Below, piece by piece: positions 23,337 to 33,645 of a DNA stretch of 46,947 bases. The notes beneath the pieces are model-generated. The model searched no databases and had not been told where the DNA came from. It was given only the letters and a program-made list of their open reading frames with translations. Within the stretch, counting starts at the first letter, position 1. Each line of letters starts with the position of its first letter. The DNA is taken from NCBI GenBank assembly GCA_000388065.2, contig KB932201.1, one strand, 5' to 3'. A program made the translations under genes and the position numbers. Source of the DNA: Fonticula alba ATCC 38817 (taxonomy: Eukaryota; Protista; Nucleariida).

Positions 23337-24803
23337 CAAGGGGGGGGGGAGAGGGTGAGCTGGGAGGGAGTACGCCCGGGGCAGGGGAGAGATTGCGTAC
23401 CGAGGAGCTGGCCCAGGGCCAAGTTCGGGTTGTCCGAGGTCACCGAGGCGATGGAGCCGAAGAGATCCGGCGCGCCGTTGCCGACGGCCAGGAGGGTGAC
23501 CTGGGAGGGGACGGGGGGAAGAGCCGGAAAGTTGGGGGAGGGGGCATGTGAGTATCAAAAAGAGGAGGAGGGGGGAGGGGGAAGAAAGGGACGAGACAAG
23601 AAAGGCCAGGAGAAAAGGGGCATGTGCGACACATACACCGGCCATGTTGTCGGACAGCTTCAGCAACAGGGACATCGCACGAAGATTGAGCACGAAAGCA
23701 TCGGCAATGAAGCTGATCACCACAAAGATGACACCGACCCAGATGATCTGCCAGCAGGGAGGGCAACGTGTGGCGGGCGGGACGGGTCAGCACCAGGCAA
23801 GTTGAGATGATCGGGCGCGGGGGGAGAGGAGCAAAGAAGCAGAGGCCGATCGGCGATCGGTGTCACGCACCAGGAGGATGTACGATAGCCAGGAAAGCGC
23901 CGGCGAGCCGAACCAGCAGAAGTGGTTGCCGTAGTAGTCGATCACCGAGTCGGCCGGGCAGTTCTCCTTGACAAAGGCGCAGGGGTCAGGCTGCTCGGAG
24001 ATGTACTTCATAGCGCACTGTATGTCGATGGGTGGGCACAAAGACCATAGCAGGGAGGGTGCCACGCGGAAGCAGGAAGTCAGCTCGGGCATCCAACATC
24101 ATGGGGGCCCTGGCAGCGGGCTATACGTGGGGTCGGGGAAGGAGAGGGAGAGGGAGAGAGAGGTATAACGCAGAGACAACACGCAACGTACAATGTCCTC
24201 CTCCTCCTCCTCGTGGCCGGAGGAGGCGCTGTGGTTGCCGGAGCCCATGGCCTCGTTGGCAGCCAGCAGGCTGCGCGGCGAGAGAAGACGCTTCGAAGCC
24301 AGACGCACATCCCCGAGGAAGGCGTCCCACGAGATGTCGGGGCCAAGGAAGCCGGGGGGTGAGGCCTCGGCGGTCTGCGCCGTGGCGGTGGCGGCGTGGC
24401 GGATGGCCGCCCGGGCGCGGGGGTTCCCGCGGACCTTGGACCGGCCAGAGAGGGAAGACGTCTCATAGAGGGTGGCAGCGCTCTGGCGAACGGACTGGAG
24501 CATGGTGTCGATCTGTTCGCCAGCACCAGCGCCAGCCGAGGAGAGTGCCCGCTGCAGCGGGCTCCAGGGAGTGGTGTCACTGGCAGTGGTGGCGGTGGCG
24601 GCCGCCGAGTCGGGAGCACCCTTGCCTGGCGACGACCGGAGACCGGACAGGCCGCCGCCAAAGTACGCATGGGCGAACAGGCCGAAGGAAAGGAGAGTCC
24701 AAACGACGCGGGCAGGCCAGCGGAAGCCGCCGCCAGCGGCCGGCTGTCCGGACCCGGCCATGCCGACCGGCGCCGGCATGAGGCTCGGCGAGGAGGCGGG
24801 CAT
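20710..24803 (-). CDS. SLC8B1: Cation/Ca2+ exchanger of the CCX/NCLX (SLC8B1/NCKX6) family; 12 exons
   Basis: Exons 24803-24192, 24017-23871, 23747-23637, 23500-23401, 23265-23132, 22969-22852, 22684-22493, 22395-22136, 22005-21786, 21641-21514, 21354-21201 and 21032-20710, all in frame. Alpha-1 repeat AGVTLLAVGNGAPDLF and alpha-2 repeat GLTILAWGNSIGDLIAN...SACFGGPLLN are CCX/NCLX signatures. Also has the Cys-rich N-terminal PCAFVKENC..IDYY segment and PFVRDILFY. Confidence 0.9.
23282..23337. repeat. (AGGC)14 / (CCTG)n tetranucleotide microsatellite in an exchanger intron
   Basis: Perfect AGGC array inside the intron at 23266-23400. Confidence 0.9.
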
Positions 24804-25498
24804 CGGGAGGGGGAGCGGAGGGGCGACGGCGGCGGCGGCGGCAAGTCGGTGTTGGATCCGGGGCAGGCCCCGGGCAAAGGGGCCAGGGCAGTTGCTTTTC
24901 CGGTCAAGCCCTCGACCCCGGGGGGAGCCAGGGAGGGGGGTGGGGGGGGGGGGGGGGGGGGGGCCGAGGGCGAGCACCCCCCGGTCACCCGGGGGGCGGG
25001 GGCGGGGGAGATCGCCTCCCGCCGAACCCTGTGTGCGCCATGCAGGCCGACCACCGGGCCGACAATAAAATAACAACGGAACCGATAGCCGGGGGCCGAC
25101 CGCACTATTTTCATCTGGGCTCTCTCTCTCCCTCTTCCTCTCCCGGCGGGGGGCCCGAAGGGCCGCCCAGGGAAAAGGTAAATAAAACCGAACGGCGGAC
25201 CAGAGGCAAGAGCTGGCCAAGGGCCGGAAAACCGGCCATGGCCGGAACACGGCCGTGCGGACGCGTCTGGGTTGTCCATGTGTGTGTGTGCCTGTGTGTG
25301 TGTGCCTGTGTGTGTGTGTGAGTGTATCGGATATGGATGCTGGCCAGGGAGGGACAAAATCGTTGTGCATAAATGTGATCACGAGGGCATCGAGACAACG
25401 CGTGGCCTGGCCGTTCTGGCCAAGCAACCCGATTCACACTCGCGCTGTGGGACCGACCCAGGGCGATTGCCCCTCGGACTCAGGGGCGCGATACCCCC

Positions 25499-25524
25499 GC
25501 GCGCGCGCGCGCGCGCGCGCGCGC
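25499..25524. repeat. (GC)13 alternating purine-pyrimidine tract
   Basis: Perfect GC dinucleotide run in the divergent intergenic region between the exchanger and YwqG-like genes. Confidence 0.9.
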
Positions 25525-26083
25525 CCGAATATGTGGGGCAAGCGGCGAGGGGGCGCAGTCGAGAATTTGGCCGCCGGTCCGAATCCCCAGAGACCAACAG
25601 GCGGTGGCCGCGCTGCCAACGACAGGAATGCCGTTCACATTCTCGGATAATATACAACGGAATCACGCGGCATGACGGATTGCAGTGTGATTCATGCCGG
25701 TTAGTTTAGCGCCCGCCGCCCCGCCCAAGACACTAGCGTTCAGTTAACCACTCGGCCCGCTGCCGCTGTTGCCGCCGCCGCCCGAAAGGCCCCTCTTCCC
25801 CTGGCCCTTTTGTGGGCCGATGGGCGTGGAGCGCCAGGCGAGTGGGTCCCAGCCAGCCGCCCGGGCCCGGGAGGAAGCCGGCCCCGGCAGGCCCGCGATT
25901 TACGGGGCGCCCCGAAACACGGCCCGACACAGCGAGAGGCAGCAACGTGCTGATCTTGTGCGCGCGAGAATTGGCCAGAAGGAGGGGCGACCTGGTCAGT
26001 GTGTCTCTCCCCCGGGCCACCGGGGCCGGCTGGTCGGATCGAGGGCTTGCCCCTTGGGGATCGAATCCCAGCCACCGAAGGAT

Positions 26084-26187
26084 CCAGTCTGCCAGTCTGC
26101 CAGTCTGCCAGTCTGCCAGTCTGCCAGTCTGCCAGTCTGCCTGTCCGCCAGTCCGCCAGTCTGCCAGTCCGCCTGTCCGCCTGTCCG
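26084..26187. repeat. Octamer tandem repeat (CCAGTCTG)n, 13 units
   Basis: Seven perfect CCAGTCTG units, then six mostly variant units (CCTGTCCG, CCAGTCCG). Confidence 0.9.
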
Positions 26188-26408
26188 TGGGTGTGTGGGT
26201 GTGCATATACATACGCACGCGCGCACGATGTAAGGGGGAGGGGAGGAAAGCTGCCCTAAAAGGAGGCGTCCTGCCCCCCCTCCCCCCCCCCCCCCCCACC
26301 NNNNNNNNNNNNNNNNNNNNNNNNNNNNNNNNNNNNNNNNNNNNNNNNNNNNNNNNNNNNNNNNNNNNNNNNNNNNNNNNNNNNNNNNNNNNNNNNNNNN
26401 NNCCCGCC

Positions 26409-27644
26409 ATGTCTCTCTCGCGCCTGAGCCAGCTGAGCGCCACCATGGCGCCCAACCTCCTGCGCATGGTGTGGCTTCCTACTGCCTCCTCGACGACGGC
26501 GGCCGCGGCGGCCACGGCCACGGCCACCATCCCCACGCGCTTTGTCGCCCCCGAGGTGGGCTCCTGCGGCCAGTCCGCCGCCACGACCGATGCCCCCGCT
26601 GCTGGTGGCCGGCCAGCGGTCCTGCGCGCCGTGGTCGGCGGTCGGACGGCTCTTCTGCCCCCTTCGGCGGATGGCTGCTCGGCCCAGTGGCCCACCTGTG
26701 GCAGCTGCTCGGCCTGTCTGGCGCCGCTGCTGCGCGTGTGGGTTGACCACCAGGCCGATGGGCCCGGCCCCGGGGCCACGGTCAGCCCGCTGCTCGGGTT
26801 CTCCGCGCTGCAGGTCCTTCAGTGCACCAGCGACCAGTGCGAGTCGCCGCAGGATGCCTCGGTCGCCTCGCGGCTGGTGGTCGCCCGGGACGGAGCGGCC
26901 CCCGCCTTCGCCGGGGCCGGAACCAGCGCCCTTGCCGCGGCTCCCGGCATCCCGACCGACGGCCAGGCCGAGGCGCACCAGCACTCGCTCTTCACGCATC
27001 CCGGCCTGGGACGCCTCCTGCATGCCAGCGAGCTGGAGCTGACCGCCGCCGGGGATGCCAACCTGCTGGAGGCCGATGGCGGCTCGCTCGGGTCCGAGGG
27101 TGTCTCGGCCGAGGCGCTGGCCGGCGCCACCCCCTCGGCGGCCATGGCCTCCGGGGCGGAGCTGCGCCGGCTCCTGCGCGCGGCCACCCTGCCGGCCGAT
27201 GGCCTGGAGCTGCCGACCGTGTCGCACCTGATGTCCCGGCAGCCGGACCTCGAGCAGCTGGCCGACAGCCTGGCCGAGGTGGAGGGCGCCGCGCCCCTGG
27301 AGACGGTCCTGCAGCTGAGCGGGCGCCAGCCGGACACCGGCATCAAGGCCGGCGGCTGGCCGGCCTGGCCTGACGGCGACCTTCCGGCCGGTGGCCTCCT
27401 CGGGTGCGAATGCTGCGCCAAGGGGGCCGCCTGTGCCTCGCCGGATGCCAGCGTCCTGCTGATGCAGATCCCGGCCGAGGCGGCCGGTCTCGGGGCCTCC
27501 TCCACCGGCGATGACATCGAGGATGACCATGATGATGGCGCCGCCGCCGACACCGAGTCCAGCTGGTATGACCAGAGCTATGTCGGCATGGTGCTGGCCT
27601 GTCCGTCGGGCAAGTGCGTCAACTTCACCTGGACTTCGCCCTAG
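26409..27644 (+). CDS. Intronless Cys-rich protein resembling the YwqG/DUF1963 and PDCD2-like families (411 aa)
   Basis: Single ORF from ATG 26409 to TAG 27644. Two related half-motifs: WPTCGSCSACLAPLLRV and KAGGWPAW...CECC...LLMQIP. It ends with an acidic loop and WYDQSYVGMVLACPSGKCVNFTW. A gap (26301-26402) lies immediately upstream. Confidence 0.55.
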   Translation: MSLSRLSQLSATMAPNLLRMVWLPTASSTTAAAAATATATIPTRFVAPEVGSCGQSAATTDAPAAGGRPAVLRAVVGGRTALLPPSADGCSAQWPTCGSCSACLAPLLRVWVDHQADGPGPGATVSPLLGFSALQVLQCTSDQCESPQDASVASRLVVARDGAAPAFAGAGTSALAAAPGIPTDGQAEAHQHSLFTHPGLGRLLHASELELTAAGDANLLEADGGSLGSEGVSAEALAGATPSAAMASGAELRRLLRAATLPADGLELPTVSHLMSRQPDLEQLADSLAEVEGAAPLETVLQLSGRQPDTGIKAGGWPAWPDGDLPAGGLLGCECCAKGAACASPDASVLLMQIPAEAAGLGASSTGDDIEDDHDDGAAADTESSWYDQSYVGMVLACPSGKCVNFTWTSP

Positions 27645-27915
27645 GTTGCCTCCCCCCCCCCCCCTCGGTGATGATGTGTGTGTGTTGGTTTTTTCCCTTT
27701 CCTGCGCGCACGCGTGTCGAGGCGCCCCGTCCCTCCGGCCCATCCACTCCCCCCCCCCTCCCCCACCTTCGAATACACCCCCCCATATAGACAACCACCC
27801 AACCATGCCCTGCATATTGGCCTTTCCCGCACACCACGGGCCCTCGAAGGTGCATCCCAGCCAAGCAGGAGGAGCACATGCAGCCGGTGCCCCCCGGCGG
27901 ACGGTGGGCATCTGT

Positions 27916-30900
27916 CTATTCGCCGCTCACCGCGGCGCCTCCCTGATCCAGCGGCTGGAAGTATCGGTGGAGAACCAGCCCGCAAGACCGGTCAGCAATC
28001 AGCTGCCCGGCGCTCGAGTCCACCAGCGATCGCAGGGTCTCGGTGGCCGGGGCATCTCCGGCAAAGGCAGCCCCGAGGCCAGCAGGCACGGCCTCCGCAC
28101 TGATCAGTGTCTGGGGGTCTGTCCCCTCGTCGGTGGCCGTGGCCGCGGCCAGGAAGTGTGCATTCCCCTCGTGCAGGTGTGACCACTGGTCGCGGAGAGT
28201 ATTCAGGGCAGACTCGCCGATCTCCTCGGTCCCCTGGGCAGCGCGTGGCCGGACGCACTTGATGCGCTTGGCTCGCGAAGGGTGGGCGAGGACCTGGGAT
28301 ACACGATGGCGGGGGCGGTCAGGGCGGGGGGCGAAAAGACAAAAAAAAAAAGGAACCGCGTGTGGGTCCACCCCGCGATGATGGCCAGGCAGCCAAGCAC
28401 CGGGACATACCTCGTCCAGGCATTCGCACTTGAGCAAGTCATGGGTGAGGCTCAGGGTGTCGCCATCAAAGCTGAACAGCTTGCGGAGCTCGGCCCGCGA
28501 AAAGGTGGTCTTCACCTTCTTGCCATCCTGAGGCCAGGTTCAAGTGGGGGATGGCCAGGGGGGGGTGGGGGGGGGGGGGGGGGGGGGGGTGAATAGGGGC
28601 CCTGCTCTGGGGGGAGGGGAAGGGGGNNNNNNNNNNNNNNNNNNNNNNNNNNNNNNNNNNNNNNNNNNNNNNNNNNNNNNNNNNNNNNNNNNNNNNNNNN
28701 NNNNNNNNNNNNNNNNNNNNNNNGGGGGAAGGCTGCTGCTCGCACCACCACCGCATCTGACAGCGCCTCCTTGGCGATCTGTCGCAGGAAGATGCGCTCC
28801 TCAACGGTGCCCACCGAGAAGAGTCGATAAATGAAGGTCGGGCGAAGCTGGCCCTCGCGCCAAATTCGCCCCATAGCCTGCTGGTCGATGGCCGGATTCC
28901 AGTTGATGTCATACAGCACAAGGCGCGAGGCGCCGGTCAGGTTGAGGCCCGCCCCGCCGGCGCGCGCCGACAGTAGCAACACCCGCACATCGCTGTACCC
29001 GGCGTTGAACCGGTCGACAATCTCCTGGCGCTTGGCGGTCGGAGTGCTGCACGGAGAACAGGCACAAGGGAGCATGCTACCCTGTGAGAGGGAGTCGCAG
29101 GAAACCGAAGCAGCGGTGTGGGAAGGGGAGCAAGGGAGAGAAGGGCCCCAGAAGATCGGAAGAGCACACGTCGACAATCTCCTGGCGCTTGGCGGTCGGA
29201 GTGCTGCACGGAGAACAGGCACAAGGGAGCATGCTACCCTGTGAGAGGGAGTCGCAGGAAACCGAAGCAGCGGTGTGGGAAGGGGAGCAAGGGAGAGAAG
29301 GGCCCCAGAAGGGCAACGCACCGCCCATCCAGACGCAGGGCCTCCGCCCCCTCGACAATGCACAGAGTTTCCAGCACATCCAGCGCCTCGGTGAAGCTGG
29401 ACACGATGACCACCTTCTCCCCGGGCGAGCTGGCCAGGATGGAAGACACAACACGCAGCTTGGAGCTCCAGCCCCAAAGGAAAGCGCGCACCCGGTCAAT
29501 GGCCTCCTGGCCGTCGGCCGGCGTGGCACCGGCCGCGGCATCCAGTACTTCGGCTGCCCGCCGCCGGGCTAGGTCCGCCAGGCTGGCCCCCAGGGCAGCC
29601 TCCTCCTCGGAGGGATTGCCATCGACATCCCCATCCACATCTACGTCCAGCTCGGCGGGCACCGAGGCGGCCCGGGTGTCAAGCTGCGCGACCAGAGACT
29701 CCGGGGCCCCGGCCGTGACGGCCTGCTCGGTCAGCATGCGCAGGAAGCGCCCCGGGTCCAGGGTGGACAGCGAATTGCAGATCTTTCGCAGGAGCGTCAA
29801 GCAGGTCAGGTGCAGGGCCGAGCTGGCCGCCGAGGCAACCAGAATGCTGCTCAGGGCCGAGCTACCGATGACAAACTCGTAAACCGCCCGCTGGGTGTCC
29901 GTCACCGGGCAGAAGATCAGAATCTCGGCTTTCGGCCGCACATAGGTCAGGATGACTGATGCAAGCAAAGGGCAAGCAAGAGAAACAGACAAAGGCAATG
30001 AACGAGCAGAGGGGGGCAGGGGGGCAGGGGNNNNNNNNNNNNNNNNNNNNNNNNNNNNNNNNNNNNNNNNNNNNNNNNNNNNNNNNNNNNNNNNNNNNNN
30101 NNNNNNNNNNNNNNNNNNNNNNNNNNNNNNNNNNNNNNNNNNNNNNNNNNNNNNNNNNNNNNNNNNNNNNNNNNNNNNNNNNNNNNNNNNNNNNNNNNNN
30201 NNNNNNNNNNNNNNNNNNNNNNNNNGGGGGGGGGGATGCGCACATTTGGCCGGTAGGAACTTCCGATTGACGTCGTACTTCCGACGCAGGATGAACAGCC
30301 CAGTCATGCGGGACAGCTGGGGACAGGGCGAGAGACACAGAGACGCAGAGGGGGAGAGAGGCAGAGGGGGAGAAGCACATCAATAACGGCCAGCGGCCAA
30401 CCGGCGGGCAGGAGTGGCGAGCTGCGAGTGCCGAGGGACCCACCTCGTCGGCGCGTAGCTGGGCCAGACGCAGCTGCTCCGGCGAGGAGCCAGGCTGGCG
30501 TGAGGCCACCACCGGGTCCTCAAACACCCGCTTGAAGAGGGCATAGTCGCCGAGGATGGTCGGATTGACGACGTCAACCAGGGCATGGAACTCGGCCAGG
30601 TTGTTTTGGACCGGCGTGCCGGAAAGAATAATACGCCGCGTGGTGGGGATCAGCCGAATGGCCTTGCTGATGTCGACGTTGGAATTTTTCAGCCGGTGGC
30701 CCTCATCCAAGACAACCAGGTCCACCTTGGAGTCGACAATGTCCTTGGCAACTTGGCGGAACTGCAAAAGGCGAGCCGAAGCACCGGCACATGAGGTGAG
30801 CGAGTGGCGGAAAAATGGCAAAAGCGAAGAACCCAAGAGGCCCGATGGGCCGAGCAACTCACCTTCTCATATCCCACGATCAGCACCGAGTACACCGTTG

Positions 30901-32436
30901 TCCGGTTGAACTCCTCCAGCGAGGTGGTCTGCGAACCGGCCCCCAGGACATAGGTGCGCACCCGCTGGTCACCCAGCCACTTGCGGAACTCGCGCTCCCA
31001 GTTCCGCACCAGAGTTGCTGGGCAAATGACCAGCGCCCGGCGGATGACCGGTTGCCGTGAATAGGGGCCCTGCTCTGGGGGGAGGGGAAGGGGGAGGGAA
31101 TGGCGTGTGAGCGGGAGAAGGGGGGAGGGGGCAGCAAGCAGAGGCAGAGGACGGGGGCAGAGGTGGATGCAGAGCAGTGGGATCGAAGGAAAAAAGAACA
31201 TACTCAACAGAGTCCAAATGAGGGCAATCGTCTGAATCGTCTTGCCGAGGCCCCTGCACAGGAGCACCGACGAGGAGAGAGAGAGAGAGAGAGAGAGAGA
31301 GTATGTCAATCGCAAAGAGGAGGCCAAAGGGGGCGAGAACCGAGGGGGAGCCGAGAGAGGCAGAGGCGGTCAAAAGCCGCGATGGAAGGGGAGAAGGAGA
31401 CACAAAGGGGCAAAGAGCAGGTCCGGGGGAAAAAGGGCAGCCAAGCGGTTGACGCACATTTCGTCGGCCAAGATGGCTCCATTGCCAGTAAAGTTGCGGA
31501 AGCCCATGACACATTCATACAGGAAGACCACGCCCTCGCGCTGGTGAGGGCGCAGCTGGCCTCCAATGTGCGGGTCCACCACCACGTCATTGACCGGAAC
31601 ACTGGATTGACAAGGGGCGACGGCGCGGAGAGGGGGAAGGGGTTGGCAAGGCCCAGGCAGGAGCGGAAAGAAGGTGAGAGAGAGAGGGGGGGGGGGAGCG
31701 ATCAGAGAAGTAGCCGGAAGGAGGCGCGCACCCGCGGGAATGTTGGGCCACATGGGCCTCTGGCGGCCGGGGAAGAACCAATGCCCCAGGTGCATCCGGG
31801 CTATGCCGGGGCTGAGAGGCTACAAGAGCATCGTCATTCGGACTGCCTTCGGCAGCAACCTGCCGGAAGGAAGGAAGCTTGGGCGCTGCACGGGCGGTCG
31901 GCCGTGCCGGTGCCGCTGCTTCCGAGGTCACGCCAAGGAAACACTTGCCGCTTTCAAAGAGAGATGCCTCCACTGGGGCCATGATTTCGATTTCTCTCCG
32001 CGAAAGAACAAGGCTTTCCCCCTCACGAAGGGACGCCAGTTGGCTAAGAGGATACTGGTTGGCACGTCCGAGACTGTTTGTGTGTGTGTGAGAGAGAGTG
32101 GGTGGGTGCGGGTGTGCGGCGGTGGATCAAGTCGAGAGGGCAGGGTGATGAGAAGAAAGCAGGATGGAGAAGCGGGATGGAGAGAAGAGGGAGCGAGGGG
32201 GGGGGGGGGGGGACGAACGATGCTCCTTGCGAGTCCAGAAGGTGAACGCCAGCGTCAGACACCTCAATGAATCCATCGCCGTCCCACTTTTTATGCTGAA
32301 GAGTAGGGTGCAGAAACATGAATCGGCGGGGAAATGGATATGTCCAGGGACATGAATTGCATCGTGAGATATGGGGAGAAGAGGAGGGGGATGGAGGAAA
32401 CACAGGGAACAGAGGGAAAAAAGTCAGACAATTTAG

Positions 32437-32487
<51 letters not shown>

Positions 32488-33023
32488 GAGGGGGGGAAAC
32501 CCACCTTGCTGTTGGTCATGCGACGGAAAACCACCGAGAAGTAGCGTTTGTTGAATTGGCCCGACGCGGAGAGGGGGGCCGCCGCTTCGAAGCCGAGCGC
32601 ACGGGCGGCCATCGAAGCTGCCTGGCTCTTGGCTTGCTCGCGTGCGCTTGCCGCCGCTGCGGCCGCTTGTGCCTTCGGGTCCACGGGGACAGCTCGCGGG
32701 GTGGGGAGCGCCGTCCGGGAGAGACTCGGCGCGCCAGTCGAGAGCCCCACCGGTCGACGACTGCCCAGAGCACGCAGCCCAAGTGACCGGGTCCGGGAAA
32801 CAGCGGGCGTCCCGGTACTCGGCTGGGCCGAAGGCTCAGCAGCGGTCGGGGAGGCATCCACCGAGACTGCTGCCGAGACCGGGGCCACTGCTTTCGCTGG
32901 TGGCATCGGGCTGGACAGCCTCGACGGGGTGGTCAGCTTCAGAGGGGCTGTCAGCTTTGCCGGGGCAGCCCCTGAGGAGTCAACAAGAGCCCGACGAACG
33001 GAGGGGGCCTGAGATCGGCGCAT
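27916..33023 (-). CDS. RAD54B: RAD54B/Rdh54-like SNF2-family DNA translocase; 12 exons
   Basis: Exons 33023-32505, 32295-32219, 32073-31732, 31601-31458, 31253-31204, 31074-30863, 30761-30444, 30316-30244, 29928-29322, 29046-28746, 28527-28411 and 28293-27916. Motifs: [80 protein letters not shown]. The N-terminal MRRSQAPS and HKKWDGDG point to the RAD54B clade. Confidence 0.93.
28589..28626. repeat. 38-bp copy of 31057-31094 at a gap edge
   Basis: GTGAATAGGGGCCCTGCTCTGGGGGGAGGGGAAGGGGG occurs at both positions. This copy lies between a G run and the N gap starting at 28627. Confidence 0.85.
29013..29311. repeat. Direct duplication of 142 bp (29013-29154 and 29170-29311) joined by adapter sequence; artefactual
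   Basis: The two copies, GTCGACAATCTCCTGG...GGCCCCAGAAG, are identical by eye, offset by 157 bp, with adapter at the junction. Confidence 0.9.
29153..29172 (+). other. Illumina TruSeq adapter sequence (assembly contamination)
   Basis: AGATCGGAAGAGCACACGTC is an exact 20-nt match to the start of the TruSeq read-1 adapter AGATCGGAAGAGCACACGTCTGAACTCCAGTCA. Confidence 0.95.
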
Positions 33024-33517
33024 CTTGTAATGTGAAAAAGAGGCAGGGGAACTGCGCAAGCGAAGACCGGTCGGAGGGGGGGGGAAGGGAGAGGGAAAGA
33101 GAGAGAGAGGGGGGGGAGGGGGGAGAGAGAAAGGGAGAAAGAGAAAGACAGGTCTTGGCTCAGGCGTCGGGAAACATTGGCCAGAGGGCTTGAGTCTTTT
33201 TATGCCATCCTCGGGTACAGTTATTGGCACCGACTCAGGCTCCCAGCCAGACCCCCGCCCATGCGTCTCGCCCACTCATGCGGTGCCCCCGTCGAGCAGG
33301 GCACACGAGCTCTCGGTGGAGATCCCGATCTACGACCACAAGACATGGCCAGTTGCGCCACCCGATCAGGCGATTGTGGGGTTCGACCACTCTGCGGGAG
33401 GGAGGTGCCCACGATTGGGGCGGGGAGCAAAAGCACCCACACGGTCCGGCATTCGGAGGAACATCGGGGAAGGTGGGTATATTTACACAAGGACAGGATT
33501 TATTCACTCCCCTCTCG

Positions 33518-33518
<1 letters not shown>

Positions 33519-33575
<57 letters not shown>
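33519..33575. repeat. G homopolymer (~57 nt)
   Basis: Uninterrupted G run 70 bp beyond the surface-protein stop codon and ~500 bp upstream of the RAD54B ATG. Confidence 0.85.
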
Positions 33576-33576
<1 letters not shown>

Positions 33577-33645
33577 GGAAGTTGACGGGGAGAGGGATGG
33601 AGGCAAGAACAGGAGAAGGCAGGAGAGACTCCCCGCCTGAGCAAA

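Noticed and set aside
26040-26085. GGGGATCGAATCCC, a T-arm-like hairpin suggesting a tRNA; also GTTCGA at ~33381 and ~44522
   Set aside because: Only three stem pairs form, and no acceptor stem, D arm or anticodon arm can be built around any of them.
26084-26187. Short repeat array considered as CRISPR-like
   Set aside because: Contiguous 8-bp units without spacers, eukaryotic context, and no cas genes.
29170-29203. Apparent duplicated RAD54B exon ([11 protein letters not shown]) suggesting mutually exclusive splicing
   Set aside because: It ends in Illumina adapter sequence, so it is an assembly artefact.
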